DNA of 64,000 nt from the human T2T-CHM13v2.0 reference genome, Homo sapiens: assembly GCF_009914755.1 (NCBI RefSeq), contig NC_060947.1; one strand, 5' to 3'. This document shows positions 42,932 through 62,622 of this stretch, piece after piece; within the stretch, counting starts at the first letter, position 1, and every line of letters starts with the position of its first letter. The notes beneath the pieces were generated by a model, which was not told the DNA's origin, searched no databases, and saw only the letters and a list, made by a program, of their open reading frames with translations. A program made the translations under genes and the position numbers.

Positions 42932-43314
42932 TTATTTATTCTTTTTTTTCTGTTTCTTTTTTTAACTTTTATTTTAGGTTCAAAGGTACATGTGCAGGTT
43001 TGTTATATAGATAGACTCACGTCACATGGGTTTGTTGTACAGATGATTTTATCACGCAGACACTAGACACAGTACTCAGTAGATATTTTTTTTCTGATCC
43101 TCTCCCTCCTCCCACCATCCACCCTCAAGTAGGCCCCAGTGTCTGTTGTTCCACTCTTAGTGTCCATGTGTTCTCATCATTTAGCTCTCACTTGTAAGTG
43201 GGAATATACTGTATTTGGTTTTCTGTTCCTGCATTAGTTTGTTAAGGATAATGGCCTCCAGCTACATCCATGTTCCTGAAAAGGACATGATCTCGTTCTT
43301 TTTTATGGCTGCAC
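42932..43314 (-). mobile_element. Older L1PA-type 3' end
   Basis: tttaacttttattttaggttca..ggtacatgtgcaggtttgtta...aaaggacatgatctcgttcttttttatggctgca. Confidence 0.88.
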
Positions 43315-44884
43315 ATTTCAGGTGAAAGGTATCCTTTCGGCCCAATTGCACGCATTTTCTTTCTGACTCTCAGTGAACTTGGAGGGTATAAAGACAAAGC
43401 AAATGTCCCAGAAGGAAGTAGACGTATGCAGTTTCATAGTTCATCTATGCACACAATCCAGATACGTTGAAGTTTTATCTTAGGGACAAATAAATTCATA
43501 AAATTAATTTGATTCTGCAGGCAAGTTGGCTACTGCAGTACACTTAGAATTCAGGACAGAGAGACATAAACAACAAGGCTTGAGTTTAACTTTCTATGAA
43601 ACGCTTGTTGAGATTCAAATATTTTACGTTAGTTTCAAATAACAGGTTTCTAGGGTTGTTAGATTAAAAATTGTGCCTGAATTACATTTGCATCTTTTTG
43701 GCTACATTTTCTTCTCATTTCCACATGAAAATAATTGCAAATAATCTCTCCGTTTCTTTAACAACCCCAGAGAATCTCAATTTTTCTAAAGAAGGCTTCT
43801 GGTTTTGTTCGTTTGTTTGTTCACTTGGTTTTTAGGAGTAAGGAGCAGCATGTGTGTTTCAGACTTAAATGCCCCCTGTATTTTTCCTACACTATTGAGC
43901 TAGCCTGTTGGTTCAAGACTCTGCCTTTCATTTAGCGAGGGCTGTGCCTTTTAAGTCATTCTGAATTACGTCAGTACCCAAAGCACTTACATGTCTAGGA
44001 CCTCTTTATACTGAATAGCATATAACAAAGCTTGATGCAACTGTCCTGAGAAAAAGTGGGTGTTATTGAAATTCTAGGGGGAAAACAGAGCTTGTTCATT
44101 TGTTTTTTTAAGGTAATTGCTCAGACCCAAACAATCCAAAGCAATGAAGAATTTTATCTAAGACAAATTTCATTATATTATATTCTAATTGCCTCAGTAA
44201 CAACTGTAGAATATCTAATTCTAATCATAACAACAACGAACATTTTTTAAATAAGCTGACCAGATGTCTACGTCTGAGACAAGGCAGTGGAGAGGGGATA
44301 TGTGTATGTGAACATAAAACAAAGGACAGATTTCAGAGATTGAAGTTCTGATATTTTCTTGGCAATAAGATCAAAGTTATGAACTACATGATCCTGAAAT
44401 TCTTCCTAGAGGAAGACAATGCTTCCTTTATTTAGCCTGAGTATCTCAAAACAAAAAGACATCTGTGTCAATTTCAATTTCCAAAGGTGTTTTAAGTATA
44501 AACATGAAGCACACAAAACTTTGTTATTTATAGTGCATATATTTTAAGTTTTTTGTGATTCATATGTTTTCATATTCACATGTTTTTACTAATGCAAATG
44601 TGTTGTTGTGTTTTCCATTTTTTTGTTTGGCTCTTCCCTTCACCTCATTGCTCTATGCTCACCCACAATTACCCCTCCAACACACGAGCACACACACATG
44701 TGCACACAGAAACGTCATGTTGACTATCCGGTGTGTATCCTTACCAAGCTTACGTAATTGTATACACACATACAAACATATGAGTGTTTGTCATCGTTTA
44801 TTTCATAAAAGTGCATCATATTATATTACACACTCATTTTTTCCTTAACGTTCCTATAAAAATTCCTCGAAATCAAGTGGTACC

Positions 44885-45183
44885 TTTTTTTTTTGAAACT
44901 GAGTCTCACTCCGTTGCCTGCCCAGGCTGGAACGTGTGCAGTGGTGCCATCTTGGCTCACTGCAATCTCTGCCTCTCGGGTTCAAGCAATTCTCGTGCCT
45001 CAGTCACCCGAGTAGCTGAGATTACAGGCGTGCACCACCATGTCTGGCTAATTTTTGCATTTTTAGTAGAGACGGGGTTTCGCCATGTTGGCCAGACCGG
45101 CCTCAAACTCCTGGCCTCAAGTGATCCATCCATCTTGGCTTCCCAAAGTGCTAGGATTACAGGCATGAGCCATGCACCCAGCC
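44885..45183 (-). mobile_element. AluS (Sx/Sz-like)
   Basis: Full minus-strand Alu; flanks ggtacc.. / ggtact.. followed by T-runs. Confidence 0.92.
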
Positions 45184-46177
45184 GGTACTTTCTTTTTAAT
45201 GGCTGCATAATAGTCTACAGTTTAAGAACATACGTATTCAACCATACCTCAGCTTTCATCCAAACCCGATTTAGATTATTTTCAACTTCAGACTTCCAGA
45301 ACTGTAAAATAATAAATTTATGTTGTTTTAAGCCACACATGAAGTGGCAATTTGTCACAGCACCAACAGGAAACTAATACAATTATAAAGAGGTGGCAAA
45401 TAGAAAGTAAGAAAAAAAAGGCAAGGCAGAGAAAGAAATCAGAAATCAGAAAAAAATAGCCAAAATTTTAAGCAAGAGTATGTGTGCAAGATAGGAGGTT
45501 TCCTCTATGATGTTCACCTAAGAGTAGAGAAAGAGTATATCCCTAAATTTTATAGCTTGGTAAAAGAGGGCAGAGAATATCTGCTTTAAGTCCTAGTCAG
45601 TATAGCTTCCATAACAGGAAGCTGATAAAATAAAAAGACAGAAAAACATTTTATTGGAAAATGTAAAAATTACCACTATTGGGAGACTACATAATATTTT
45701 CCTAAAATTTCCAAGGAAATAAATTTGAAATTCTTGTAATTAATGAGTGAATTTATTTCAGGGGCTCAATAAAAAATGTACAAAAGCATTATCTTTCTTA
45801 TATATTTGTCATAGTGAACATTATAATTCATTTTATTTTCTGCATATTTGAATTTTCAGACTCTTATACAATTGTGTTTTATGACTTGAGTAATAAAAAA
45901 GAAATAGTGGATAATGAGAAAATGAAAAAAGTCACTGGTTTCAAGTAATTTTATTATGTTGTAAATCTGTGTCATTTTCTTCATGTTTCTTATGTTTGAA
46001 GTTTATTGAGTTTCTTGGATTTATAAGTTTATAATTTTCATCAAAATTGTACATTTAAAACAACTTTTTTTAATTCTTTTTATTGTCTTCTTCTCTTCCT
46101 TCTTCTTTGGAGATTCAAACTACACATATGTTATGTCACCTGACGTTGTCCCACATCTCACTGATGCTCTGTTTATA

Positions 46178-46766
46178 TATTCATGCACGGCTTAATGACA
46201 AGGATACGTTCCATGAAATGCATCCTTAGGTGATTTCATCATTGTGCAAACATCAGCATTTACTTATACAACACCTAGGCTATATGGTATGGCCTATTGC
46301 TCCTAGGATACAAACCTGTACACCAAACTTGTCCAACCCACACCCCACGGGCCGCATGCAACCCAGGACAGCTTTGAATATGGCCCAACACAAATTTGTA
46401 AAGTTTCTTGAAACATTATGAGATTTTTTTTTTGCAATTTTTTAAAGCTCATCAGCAATAATTAGTGTTAATGTATTTTATGTGTGACCCAAGACAATTT
46501 TTCTTCCAGTGTAGCCCAGAGAAGCCAAAAGATGGAAAACATTGGAAGAAGAAGAAAATTTTCTTCCAGTGTGGCCCAGGGAAGCCAAAAGATGTTACTG
46601 TACTGAATACTGTAGGCAATTTTAACACAATGGTAAGTATTTGTGTGTCTAAACATATCTAAATGTAGAAAAGGTACAGTAAAAATACAATATTACAATC
46701 TTATGGAACCACTGGGATATAGGCGGTCCATCATTGACTGAAATGTCATTATGTGGTGCATGACAG
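46178..46766 (-). mobile_element. Tigger3a-like (TcMar) interrupted by MER30
   Basis: tcatgcacggcttaatgacaaggatacgttc...aaatgcatccttaggtgatttc ... cattgactgaaatgtcattatgtggtgcatgacag|ta. Confidence 0.8.
46323..46594. mobile_element. MER30 (hAT-Charlie) with rearranged end
   Basis: ttgtccaaccc...gggccgcatgc..cccagga..gctttgaat.tggcccaacacaaatt.gtaaa...gtggcccagggaagccaaaaga. Confidence 0.85.
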
Positions 46767-47899
46767 TATTTTTTTTGTCTGTTTTCTCACTCATTTTGAA
46801 TGGTTACTACTGCTATGTCTTCAAGTTCACCAATCTTTTCTTCTACAAAGTTCAATGTGCTGTTAATTCCATCCAGAGTTTTTTTCATCTCAAATATTGC
46901 AGTTTTATCTCTGGCATTCTATGAGCCTTTTCTATTTTTTCCATGTCACTGCTTAATATGCTTAATCATCTTCTAATTTATATGATATATGGAATAAAAC
47001 TATAATTGTTTTAATATCCTTATCTACTAATTCTATCTTCTCTGCCATTCGTGGATATGTTTTGATGAATTTATTTTTCTCCTCATTTTGGGTCACTATG
47101 TCCTGCATTTTTGCATGCCTGATCATTTTGTATTGGTTGCTAGACATTGTGAATTTTACTTTGTTGATGATTGGATGTTTTTGTGTTCCTAAAAAGAATT
47201 CTTGAGCTTTGTTATAGGACGTAGTTACTTAGAAACAGATTATTTTGGAGGCTTTGTTTTAAGCTCTGTTAGATGAGATCTGAGCAGCCTTCTGGTAGAT
47301 TTGATTTTGCCTCATGACTGTCCCAATACCCATGGGATTACTGTACCTAATACTCTGTGAATTATGAGATTTCCTCTCTGGCTAGTAGTAGTACAAACTA
47401 TTGACCTTGTGTGAGTCCTGGAGTTTTTCCCTCTACTATTTTTGGGTTGTTCTTTTGCCCAGCCTCTGGTAACTCCCTTACACACCTGCGTCAATCAGCT
47501 CTCAGCTGGAAATTCAAGGGGCCCTTATGCAGCTCTCTGGGAAAGTCTTTTTGGGTACTCTCTCCTCTTTGGAACTCTGTCCTGCAAACTCAACTCAGGG
47601 AGAGAACCAGGCTTCATCTGGGTTCCCTCTTCCTGCACTGCTCCCAGGAAATTCTCTCTGAGCAGCAAGCTGGGATAGTCATAGAACTCACCTCATTTGT
47701 TTACCCTCTCTCAGGAATCACTGCCCTGCACAGCCTGATGTCCAGTGTTTGAAAACCACGGTTTCACATATTTTTTCCATTGAAAAAATGGTTTAAGTTC
47801 CCCATTATTACATATTGAATGGAGGTCAAAATCTAAAATAAACATTTTTATATGCATCATTAAGTTTCAATAATCAAAAACTTTTTAATCTGATGCAAG

Positions 47900-49100
47900 A
47901 ATTCCTTGACCAATCATTAAATCTGTTTATCATTGACAGGTGGTCATGTAATATATCATAAAGACGGCACCATAAATTAGTGGCCAAAAGGAGGAATTAA
48001 TCAGTAAAATGGGGTGGAAGATTCCTTAGCTATTTGGTAATAAAATAAATTTGTATCTTCACCACACACAATACTTGAAATAAATTTAAGTTAAAATAAA
48101 GAATTAACTATAAGTCAAAAATGAGCAAATCCACTAAAAAGACATGAATATTTAATCCCACCATACAAAGAGTTTCTAAGTTTAAATTTAAAACTGTGCT
48201 ACAAAACACAGAAGAATGAACAAATCTGACTTATAAAAATAAAAAATTACATGTCAAGAACTATTCATAAAATTAAGGAGGAACGTTGAGAAAATATTTT
48301 CAACATGCATTTAAAATTGCTAATAACTTTTTGTAAATTAAAATAAATAAAAATGAATATCACTCCAAAGTATACATGAGCCCATGTTATGAGTATATAC
48401 TCCTCAAAATTGTAAATTAAATTACTAAATAAACATGTGATAAGCTACTGAACATGGTGGCAATCAAATAACTGCAAACTTAAAGTAACAATGAGAATCT
48501 ATTTTTATCTACCACACCAAAGTAGATTAACAAAAGCTAAATTTCAAAATTGGCAAGGTGGGGAAATGGAATGCGTGCTTACCTATACTGTCAATGGAAA
48601 GAAAAATAAGAATTCCTTTTATGAAAGCAATTTGACAATATTTATCAGCAGTCTTAAAAGTGTTTCTTTCTTCTGATTCTGTAATTCCACTTCTGGGAAC
48701 ATATCCTAAGCAATAACAATTCTAAATGTAAACATTTATTTGTACATAAACAAGTTCAAGTTGTATAAAATGGAAACATTTAATATTGATTGAACACATG
48801 ACAATGTGCCTAAACAATGAAATGGTATGCCACCATGAATAATGTTTACAAAGAATTTAGATACAAATATAGTTATTAATTTCAGAAAACAGGAATAAAA
48901 TAGAATGTATAGTAAATACTAGGTAACTCAACCATGTTAAAATTTTATAGAAATAATGACTGGGATGATATTCACAAATACATTATTGATTATCACTGGA
49001 AATAGAAAAATAAGCTACCGTATTCTTTCCTCATACTTCTCTGTATTTTCCATATGTTCAATAACGAACACATTGTTTTCATAATCAGAAGAAAGCTAAC
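47900..49100 (+). mobile_element. Ancient L1 (L1ME-like) ORF2/3' remnants
   Basis: Very degenerate ORF2-end phrases (gaaagcaatttgacaatatttatc...gtaattccacttctggga). Confidence 0.55.
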
Positions 49101-50380
49101 ACTTAAAATAATGCCAATTCTCAAGCTGAATTTAAAATTTCTTATAAGGTCTATTTTTTTAAAGATACTATGCTTGTGATCTTCTGGGTAGTCTTACAAA
49201 TAAAATATGAAGACCGCCCCCCCCAACCCCCTACATCTCTGGTCTAGGAATCATCGTTATTGTTAATGTTGTCAATGTCATTAATCATCTTCTGGAGCTG
49301 ATGATAAAACCTCATTAGTGATCAATGACCAGGCATTAGTCTACTTCTAAGGAAGTAGAGTTTCTTCCTCATGGTCTTCGTCATGGTTCTACTTCATTTC
49401 TATTTTTGTATCTAATTTACTAAGCCTGCAAGGTTCCTAACAGTTAAGATCTTTGTCAGAAGCAGTTCTGAAGTAATGCAGCATTAGAGATATAAAAGGC
49501 ACTATCAAGTAGACTGGAACTTAAATTTACCTGCCTACATCTAGAAAAGCTAATCAACTGAGTCTCAAGATTTTTACCTATAAAAATAGGGAAATAAAAC
49601 CTAGAAATGAAATTCTACCTTCTAGAATTGCTAAATGTTAAAAAAATAGTAGCTACAAAAAAACTATTACTTAGTTAAGTATTCAATAAATTGTAGCTGG
49701 TAGTAATATTTCATGGAGTAAGTGCTAAATAGGAATTTCTTGCTGACTGATGGAAGAAATTATACAATCAGTTAATCTCTTTGGAAAAATAGCAAACCAA
49801 TCCTGAGAGGCACATTATTTACCCATTATTATTTACACACCTTCTCCTCCCCAAAGTAATATTTTTTAACAAGATGCTGAGAAGAGCAATATCTTCACCC
49901 AAAGAATGAACTTCTAATAGCACAATTTAATAGTGTAACAAGTGTGCAAGGGAGTGATTTGGGAGCAGCAGAAATATTCCAGAAATAACCTCCAATCTTC
50001 CTTACTTTGCTTATGGATAAGGCCGTAAGTATAATAATGGAATGGTGAGATTTCAGGCACAGATGAGATCTTGGATGTTTTATTATCCACCAACACTTAA
50101 TCAGTAACTTCGTAGTGAAGGAAACCAAGATCCAATGAGCTGGAAAGAACCTCCCACGGCAGGTCATGTTTGAGACAAGACTAGAAGCCAGATCAGGCCT
50201 CTTGGTTCCTAGTTTAACCTCTATTTACGCTATATTTCTTGATAAGGAGGTGAGGGAGAAGGAGAAGGAAGAAGAGAAGGAAGAGAGTGACAGTGGTGGT
50301 GGTGCTGCTGAAGAAGAAATGCTATATGTATAAAGTCTTCACCCTGTTCTAAAGAGGGAAACTGATTTACAGTACCATGG

Positions 50381-50773
50381 TGTTATGGACTGAATTGTGT
50401 CCTCCCCCAAAATTTATATGCAGTGGCCCTAACCCCCAATACCTCACAATGTAGCAGTGTTTGGAGATAAGGTCTTTAAAGAAGTAATTCAGTTCAAATG
50501 GGGTCATTAGGGTGGGCCCTAATCCAATATGACTGGTATCCTCATAAGAGGAGGAAGTTGGGACACAGACATACACAGAGTGATGACCATGTGAAGGCAC
50601 AATGAAAAGATGGTCATTTGCAAACCAAGAAGAGAGAACTCAGAGGGAACTCATCCTGCTGACACTTTGATCTTGGAGTTCCACCCGCCAAAACTATGAG
50701 AAAATATATTTCTATTGTATAAGGCACTGAGTCTCCGGTATTCCGTTATGACAATCTGAGCACAGACTTACAC
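50381..50773 (+). mobile_element. MLT1A/B-like solo LTR
   Basis: TGTTATGGACTGAATTGTGTCC...CAAAATTTATATG ... GGGTGGGCCCTAATCCAATATGACTGGT ... AGACTTACACA. Confidence 0.88.
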
Positions 50774-51805
50774 ATAGGGCAAATTCAGCTCCTTTCATGA
50801 AAGCAATTAGCCAGTCATTTGCACTGATCCTTCTTATTGGTCAAAACTAGTCCCAGCTGCTGGTGCCCTTCTCATGAGGAAATTTTTGATGAGTGAAGGA
50901 ATGGGAGAAAGGAAAGAAGTTAAAAGATGATTTAACAAAGGAATTAAACTCTAAAAATGTAGAATAAAATAGAAAATAGAATGAAGTTGTTTAAAAACTG
51001 ACAGAGAACATAGGGGAAATTATCACCACTGTGAGCAAATTTTTCTTTGGTTTAGAGAAATTTCCTTTTGTTCATTGAGATTTTGGTGCTGGGCTAAATA
51101 ATTTTTCCCTTCCTTTAAGCCTTCTTATCACCCTATCTTCTTAATCACTGTATTAAATTACATAACGACTATACATTTTATGCTGATTTTGCAAGTGAAA
51201 GGGAAAGGCTGTCATGGTTCAACGAACATGGATTTACCAAAACAACCTTATCATTTTTTTACATAATAAGTCATGTCAACTGAAACATAGGAAGATATTT
51301 CTTTTGCTCTACAGTGACATGTCACATCAAGAACAAAGAAGCCTATGCCACCTCGGTACACACAAACAGCTTTACCCTCCCAGTAGGGGTATGCCATTGT
51401 GAAAGCACCACCATCTAATGATTCCATTTCACTTTTGGCAGTGTTCCAGCTAACTGAATGTCTGCCCACTTATCCACCTGAAAGAGAAGATCTATGACTC
51501 TGAATCAAATCAAGATATATTTGGTTTTTAAGATTTTGATATACAGTTTAACTTATTTCTTGCTTTATTGTTTGCTGTCTTTCACAAAGATAATGATAAA
51601 CTGAGAAAGAAAAGACAAATAGTTGTGTGCTCAAGTAAATACTTGTTTTGGCTTGAAAATATTTTACAAATAGAGTTATTTTTATAAATAAATAATAATC
51701 TTGATGAAATGCCTAATACAATACCTAATGCAAAGTAATTATAATTACTTAATAAATGGTTGTTATTATAATGATTATTTTCACTATTATTATTACCGTG
51801 TAATT

Positions 51806-52125
51806 CTTTTATATATATATAAAATAAAGTGTATATATATAAAGTATATACTTTATATATATATACTTTATAAGTATATATATACCTATATAGTATGTAT
51901 ATATACTTTATAAGATATATATATACACCTATAAAGTATATATATATACTTCATAGGTGTATATATACTTTATAGGTGTATATACATACTTTATAGGTGT
52001 ATATATATACTTTATAGGTGTATATATATACTTTATAGGTGTATATATATATATTTTATAGGTGTATATATATACTTTATAGGTGTATATATATATATAC
52101 TTTATAGGTGTGTATATATATATAT

Positions 52126-52128
<3 letters not shown>
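51806..52128. repeat. AT-rich compound minisatellite, unit ~ (TA)n-CTTTATAGGTG, at the L1 tail position
   Basis: About 8 units containing ATAGGTG between 51953 and 52110, plus inverted units to the left; abuts the L1 3' end. Confidence 0.92.
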
Positions 52129-57702
<5,574 letters not shown>

Positions 57703-57856
57703 GGAGTGAGTCATTTTTTTTTTTTAATCTACCTGTGTTCAAACATATCCTGGTCTCTGTAAAAATGTCTGTCCCTACTATTCCCTACTTGCCCATATTC
57801 TAGCAAGAAACATCAGGGACCTGCAGAAGCAAAGTAGATTTGTGGGATGTTGTAGA

Positions 57857-58006
57857 TACTTTTTTATTTTTATTTTTTAAAAATTTTTGTAGAGATGGCA
57901 TCTCACTATGTTGCCCAGACTGGTCTCAAACTCCTAGCCTCTAGTTATCCTTTTTCCTCAGCCTCCCAAAGTGTTGGGATTACAGCCACGAGCCACTGCA
58001 CCCAGC
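57857..58006 (-). mobile_element. Alu left monomer (FLAM-like)
   Basis: T-rich tail then gtagagatgg..tctcactatgttgcccag...gagccactgcacccagc. Confidence 0.85.
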
Positions 58007-58879
58007 AACTACTTTATTGTAAAATTAGAAATCTTACTTTGTCATCAAATAATATCTTCCTAACTTAGGCACAATGTATATCTCGTGGTAACTCTCCAGT
58101 GACTGATCATATAAGCCCTGATAGCAAATTTATACTCATGAAGGTTTTTTTAAATTCTTTTCAAACAGAAAAAAAGCTTCTGAAGTAAATCTCTTAAGGC
58201 TAAGATATTATATTTCTGTTTTTTTCTTGGAGATCATTAAAATTAAAATTGTGGCTGAAAAAAAAACAGTATGTAAAGTATCATCTAGTGGTTTCAAATA
58301 CCATGGGTTCATTAGAACAGCAAGACACTTGCTGATAATTTATCAGAAACTGAACAAGGGGGCACCTAGCAAATGAAGAAAAGTAAATTTAATCTGCAGT
58401 TTAATTAAAGAGCAAAGGGATGGGATGATTATATTAATCATATATTTTCATGGGAAAAGTACCCATAGACATCTAGGACATAATAATTGACAGTATCTTT
58501 GCAGTTTTAACATTTGGAATTTTCATGCAAGAGTAAAGACACAGTTTGAGCAAGGTCTGGGTGCCAGGAAATTGCATGCTTAGCTTTAATGGTAATCCTT
58601 GGGATGACTTTATGTAGCTCTTGGTTTTAGTTCCTTCACACAATGGAACTCATCACAATTCTTTATTTTCTCACATAAATCTTGATAAACGTTAGTTTAA
58701 GAAATATACCAACCAAAAATATTTTATTATGTTGAGCCTTCTGGACACATGTGGTCCATACCATTACATAAACATTTTCAAAACAGACACAAAGAATGAT
58801 TAAGAATAAGCAACTTGCATTCAGACATGATGAAGTGATCTTCTTTCCAAAATGCATGCTATTTTCCAGAACTTGGGGT

Positions 58880-59227
58880 TATCTTAGTCCACTTTGTGCT
58901 GTGCTGCTAATACCTGAGACTGAATAATTGATACAAAATAGAAGTTTATTTGGCTCACAGTTCTTGAGGCCAGTAAGTCCAAGAGCATGGTACTGGCATC
59001 CATAGAGGGCCCCTATGCTGCGTCATCCCATGGTGGAAGGAGAACGGGCAAGAGAGCAAGAAAGGCCTCACAATCACAAAACCACTCCAGCGACAATGTC
59101 ATTAATCCATTCATAACGGCAAAGCCCTCCTGGCCTAATCACCTTTTAACAATCCCGCCTCTTAATATAGTCACAAAGGCAATTAAATTTCAGCATGAGT
59201 TTTAGAAGGGACATTCAAACCATAGCA
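58880..59227 (-). mobile_element. MaLR solo LTR (MST family)
   Basis: tcttagtcc...gaagtttatttggctcacagttct...aattaaatttcagcatgagttttagaagggacattcaaaccatagca. Confidence 0.85.
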
Positions 59228-59897
59228 GGGCGCCTGGTATTATGAGACAAGAGATGGAGAATTCTAATTGCTGAAACAGAAATAATGTGTCTGCTTTTTG
59301 GGCGTTTAAAAATCTTCCTTTTTTTTTCAGCCATGAAGAGGGTGTTTTCTTACAAACTAAAAAACACCAAATAGCCTTTATTTAATTATGGGCTAAGTGC
59401 ATTCTGGTGGGAGAATAATGCAACTTAATGATACTATGCCAATATTCTCAGTTATCAAAAAAAGCAGAGACTCACTGATTTCAACATACATTTTGTCAAG
59501 ATTTAATATCTGAGAGTCTTTATTTGCAAATTCTCTGCTATCTCTTATGAATGTGCCATCCAATTATTTAACCTGTCTGCAATGTCTATCAGCATACAAG
59601 ATATGGATGGATTGATAGATATTGACAGATGAATAGCTGTGGAGCTGTGTGTATAATTCTTGTGACAAATTACTCTTTAATTCATAAATGTGTGCAGAAA
59701 TGTTATGAAAATAAGTGAATTCAGCCCTTTCTTGCTAATCTTGCCCTTTCTCCTTCCACCATGGGATGACTATTCAAAAATTAAGTTTCTGAAAATAATC
59801 ATTTTTTAGCTTACAATTTTACAAATTGGCAACTTGAGCTTGGGCCAGCTAGGAAGGTTCTTCTGGTGGTTTTGGCTGGAATTATTCATTTATCTAG

Positions 59898-60113
59898 AGA
59901 AGGAGTCAGCAAACTTTTTCTGTAAAGGTCCAGATAGCAAATATTTTAGGCTTTGTGGGCCATACAGTCTCTATCACAACTACTCAACTCTACCAAATAA
60001 AGCACTAAGGGAGCCATAGATGGTAGCAAATGAATGAGCATGGCTGTTTTTCAATGAAACGTTATTTACAAAAATAGGCAGCTATTCAGAGAACTCTAGT
60101 TGCCATACTCTGC
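59898..60113. mobile_element. MER58A (hAT-Charlie) within old MLT-like sequence
   Basis: gtcagcaaactttttctgtaaaggtccagatagcaaatattttaggctttgtgggccata...tatttacaaaaataggc. Confidence 0.85.
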
Positions 60114-61179
60114 TTTAGGGTCAGAAGCCTGTTGGCTATGGGCTGGCTGGTCTAGAATGAACTCAGCTGAAATGTTCTGCACTTTTCAAGTTTCTGCTTG
60201 TATCCTGTTTGCTAACTCCCCATTAGCTAAAATAAATTGCCAGCCAACCCAAATCTAAGGGCTGCAGAAACAGACTACACATCTTGATGGGAGGGGAATA
60301 ATTTGTGGCCATTTGTAATTATTTAGTTCCCAGTCAACCATGATCTATGTATCTAAATACTCTTCAGCAAGATATGCTAAGAGACAATACACAACTAAAG
60401 CTCATAGTAGCCACACATATTCAGTGAGGGTTCCTGGGTAGATCCTGGATGTCCCCAATGCTGACCAGGGCTGGAATTCACAAAATCTCTTAGAATGCTT
60501 CTTCTCCTTCCTGAAGAGGTGGGATGGCCCTGGGAAGATTGCCACCCTATGCATCTTATATGTAGCGAGCAACTAAGTAAGATAACCTGAGAATATAAAA
60601 GAACCCAATTGGTCCAAAAGCATCACTCACTACCAATGACATCTTCTACCATTTGAGCCACTTCTTTGAGGTTAACAACAGTGAGGCACTTATCCTCCAG
60701 AGCATCTAGTTAAAGTGCATTCAGGCCAGCAGAAAGTCCAACTTCTAGTTCAGATTTACTCCCTGCCACCTTATGGTTTGTCTCAAACCTCTCACAGTGC
60801 TTTCATGTTGTTCTATAATGGTCTCTTTTTTGTTTGTTCTGTTTTCTCCTTATCATCGATAATAAGAATATGTCTTACCCAATATCTGTCGAAGGGCCAG
60901 TCAGATGTAAATTTGGGGTGGGAATATGGATACTGTAGGGTGAGAGAAAATGTAGGCACAGAGGGCAATTTATGAGAAGGCAGATCCTAGGCAGATTTTG
61001 CTCTGGCATCCTAATAGCAGCATGAGAAATCCCAAATCAAATACAGCATGTTTTGCCATTTGCCTGGTGGAAGGAGAATATCCTCAATTGAGTGTCTGTC
61101 ATTTTGCAAGGCCCACCTTTAAGAATTTGGCTTACAGCCCCTTTTTCAGTCTTCTTAAAAACTCTTTGGCATATATAGT

Positions 61180-61285
61180 ATTATCCCCATTTCACTGATG
61201 AGAGAACTGAGGCTCAGAGATGTTCAGTGAATTGGCTGAGGCCGCTCACCTAGTAAATGGCATAATCAGGATCGAAACCCAGGGC
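61180..61285. mobile_element. MIR
   Basis: ttatccccatttcactgatgagagaactgaggctcagagatgttcagtga. Confidence 0.8.
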
Positions 61286-61839
61286 ATTCTCTGACAACTC
61301 CAAATGATGCCGCCAAGACTGACAAAGTCATTCGGATGCTTCTTCCATCCTATTGTCTAAACCCTTCAAAGCAAGCAGCATTAACTTACCAAATGTTTGA
61401 CATGTAAGCTTTCCTTTGCACTTTACCTGACAAGTTTTCCAAGTTATCTAGTGACTGTCAGCAACAATAGCATTTGAATTTGGACTGTGACACATAACAC
61501 ACTTTCTACCTTGTGTTCAGTATCTTGTCATCTCTTATTAGAATCAGGAGTGTTCCTAGGGAATCATCCATCATGCCTGGCCCTCACTTCAAGGCTGTGG
61601 AATTGTCTCAGCCTTTCTCAAACTGCCATCTTGTTCCTTTCTCAAGGTTCTCTAGCAGAGAGTTCCTATCTTTTTCACTGGAGGCCTCTTCTAGTGTTTT
61701 CTTCTCTTGAGAGAAAGGAGTTTCTTCTTAATGAAGATCTAAAGTTACTGTAGTTCTAAATAAAATCATTCCTGTATTTTTGTCTTCTAAGAAAATAAAG
61801 AAAGATGATCCAATTCATCCCCACAAAAAATCCATTATA

Positions 61840-62224
61840 CAGTCATGTGCCACATAATGATGTTTCAGTCAACACCAGGCTACATACACAATGGGTGGTT
61901 GAGATTATAATGAAGGTTTCCTATTCAGATATGCCATTTTTCATCTTTTATACAATATTTTTACTGTACCATTTCTGTCCTTAGATATGTTTAGATACAC
62001 AAATAGATACCATCATGTTACAGTTGCCTACAGTATTCCCTACATCCACATGCTATATAGGTTTGTAGCCTAGGAGCCATAGGCAATACCATATAGCCTA
62101 GGTGTGTAGTAGGCTATACTATCTAGGTTTATGTAAGTACAGTATACGATGTTCACATAATGACAAAATCACTTTATGATGCATTTCTTAGAATGTATCC
62201 ACATTGTTAAGTGACACATGAATA
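61840..62224 (+). mobile_element. Tigger3a-like
   Basis: TA|CAGTCATGTGCCACATAATGATGTTTCAGTCAAC ... GCATTTCTAGAATGTATCC..ATTGTTAAGTGACACATGA. Confidence 0.88.
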
Positions 62225-62622
62225 CATAGTTGAAGATAGCAATTATGCCTTCAGCTTCTCTTGAGTACCTCTATCTTCCTCAATTAGTTTTTGGCATTCT
62301 TTAGGAGCACAATACTGATCATAATTATTTCTCCATCTTTAGAAACTCCTTATTTACAAGAATCAGACTAACAGTCATAATTTCACTTCTTAAGAGATGA
62401 GTCTCTGAACTTTGCCATGTCAAGTAATAAAAGATCATGGAATCTGGAGTCAGATGTTCAAGATTTGAACCCTGGGTCTGTCAATTATTAGCTTATTTAC
62501 CTCTGAACCTCAGTTTTCCCTTAAATCTTCTATTGTATTTTTTCTTTTTATTTTGGGGGGAAAGAATATATTTCATCGTTTAGGAAATGTTGTGTGTTTG
62601 TTAAAACCTAGTATATAGTTAC

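Larger units (their letters stand above)
45960..47830 (-). mobile_element. Ancient L1 5'/ORF1-region fragment (L1M), interrupted by Tigger3
   Basis: Degenerate L1M 5'-region phrases on both sides of the Tigger; ORF 46962..47147 resembles old ORF1 sequence. Confidence 0.6.

Noticed and set aside
44784-45377. 197-aa ORF and similar ORFs (803-994, 3856-4221, 37714-38196, 40762-41232)
   Set aside because: Largely Alu-derived translations ([23 protein letters not shown]), not genes.
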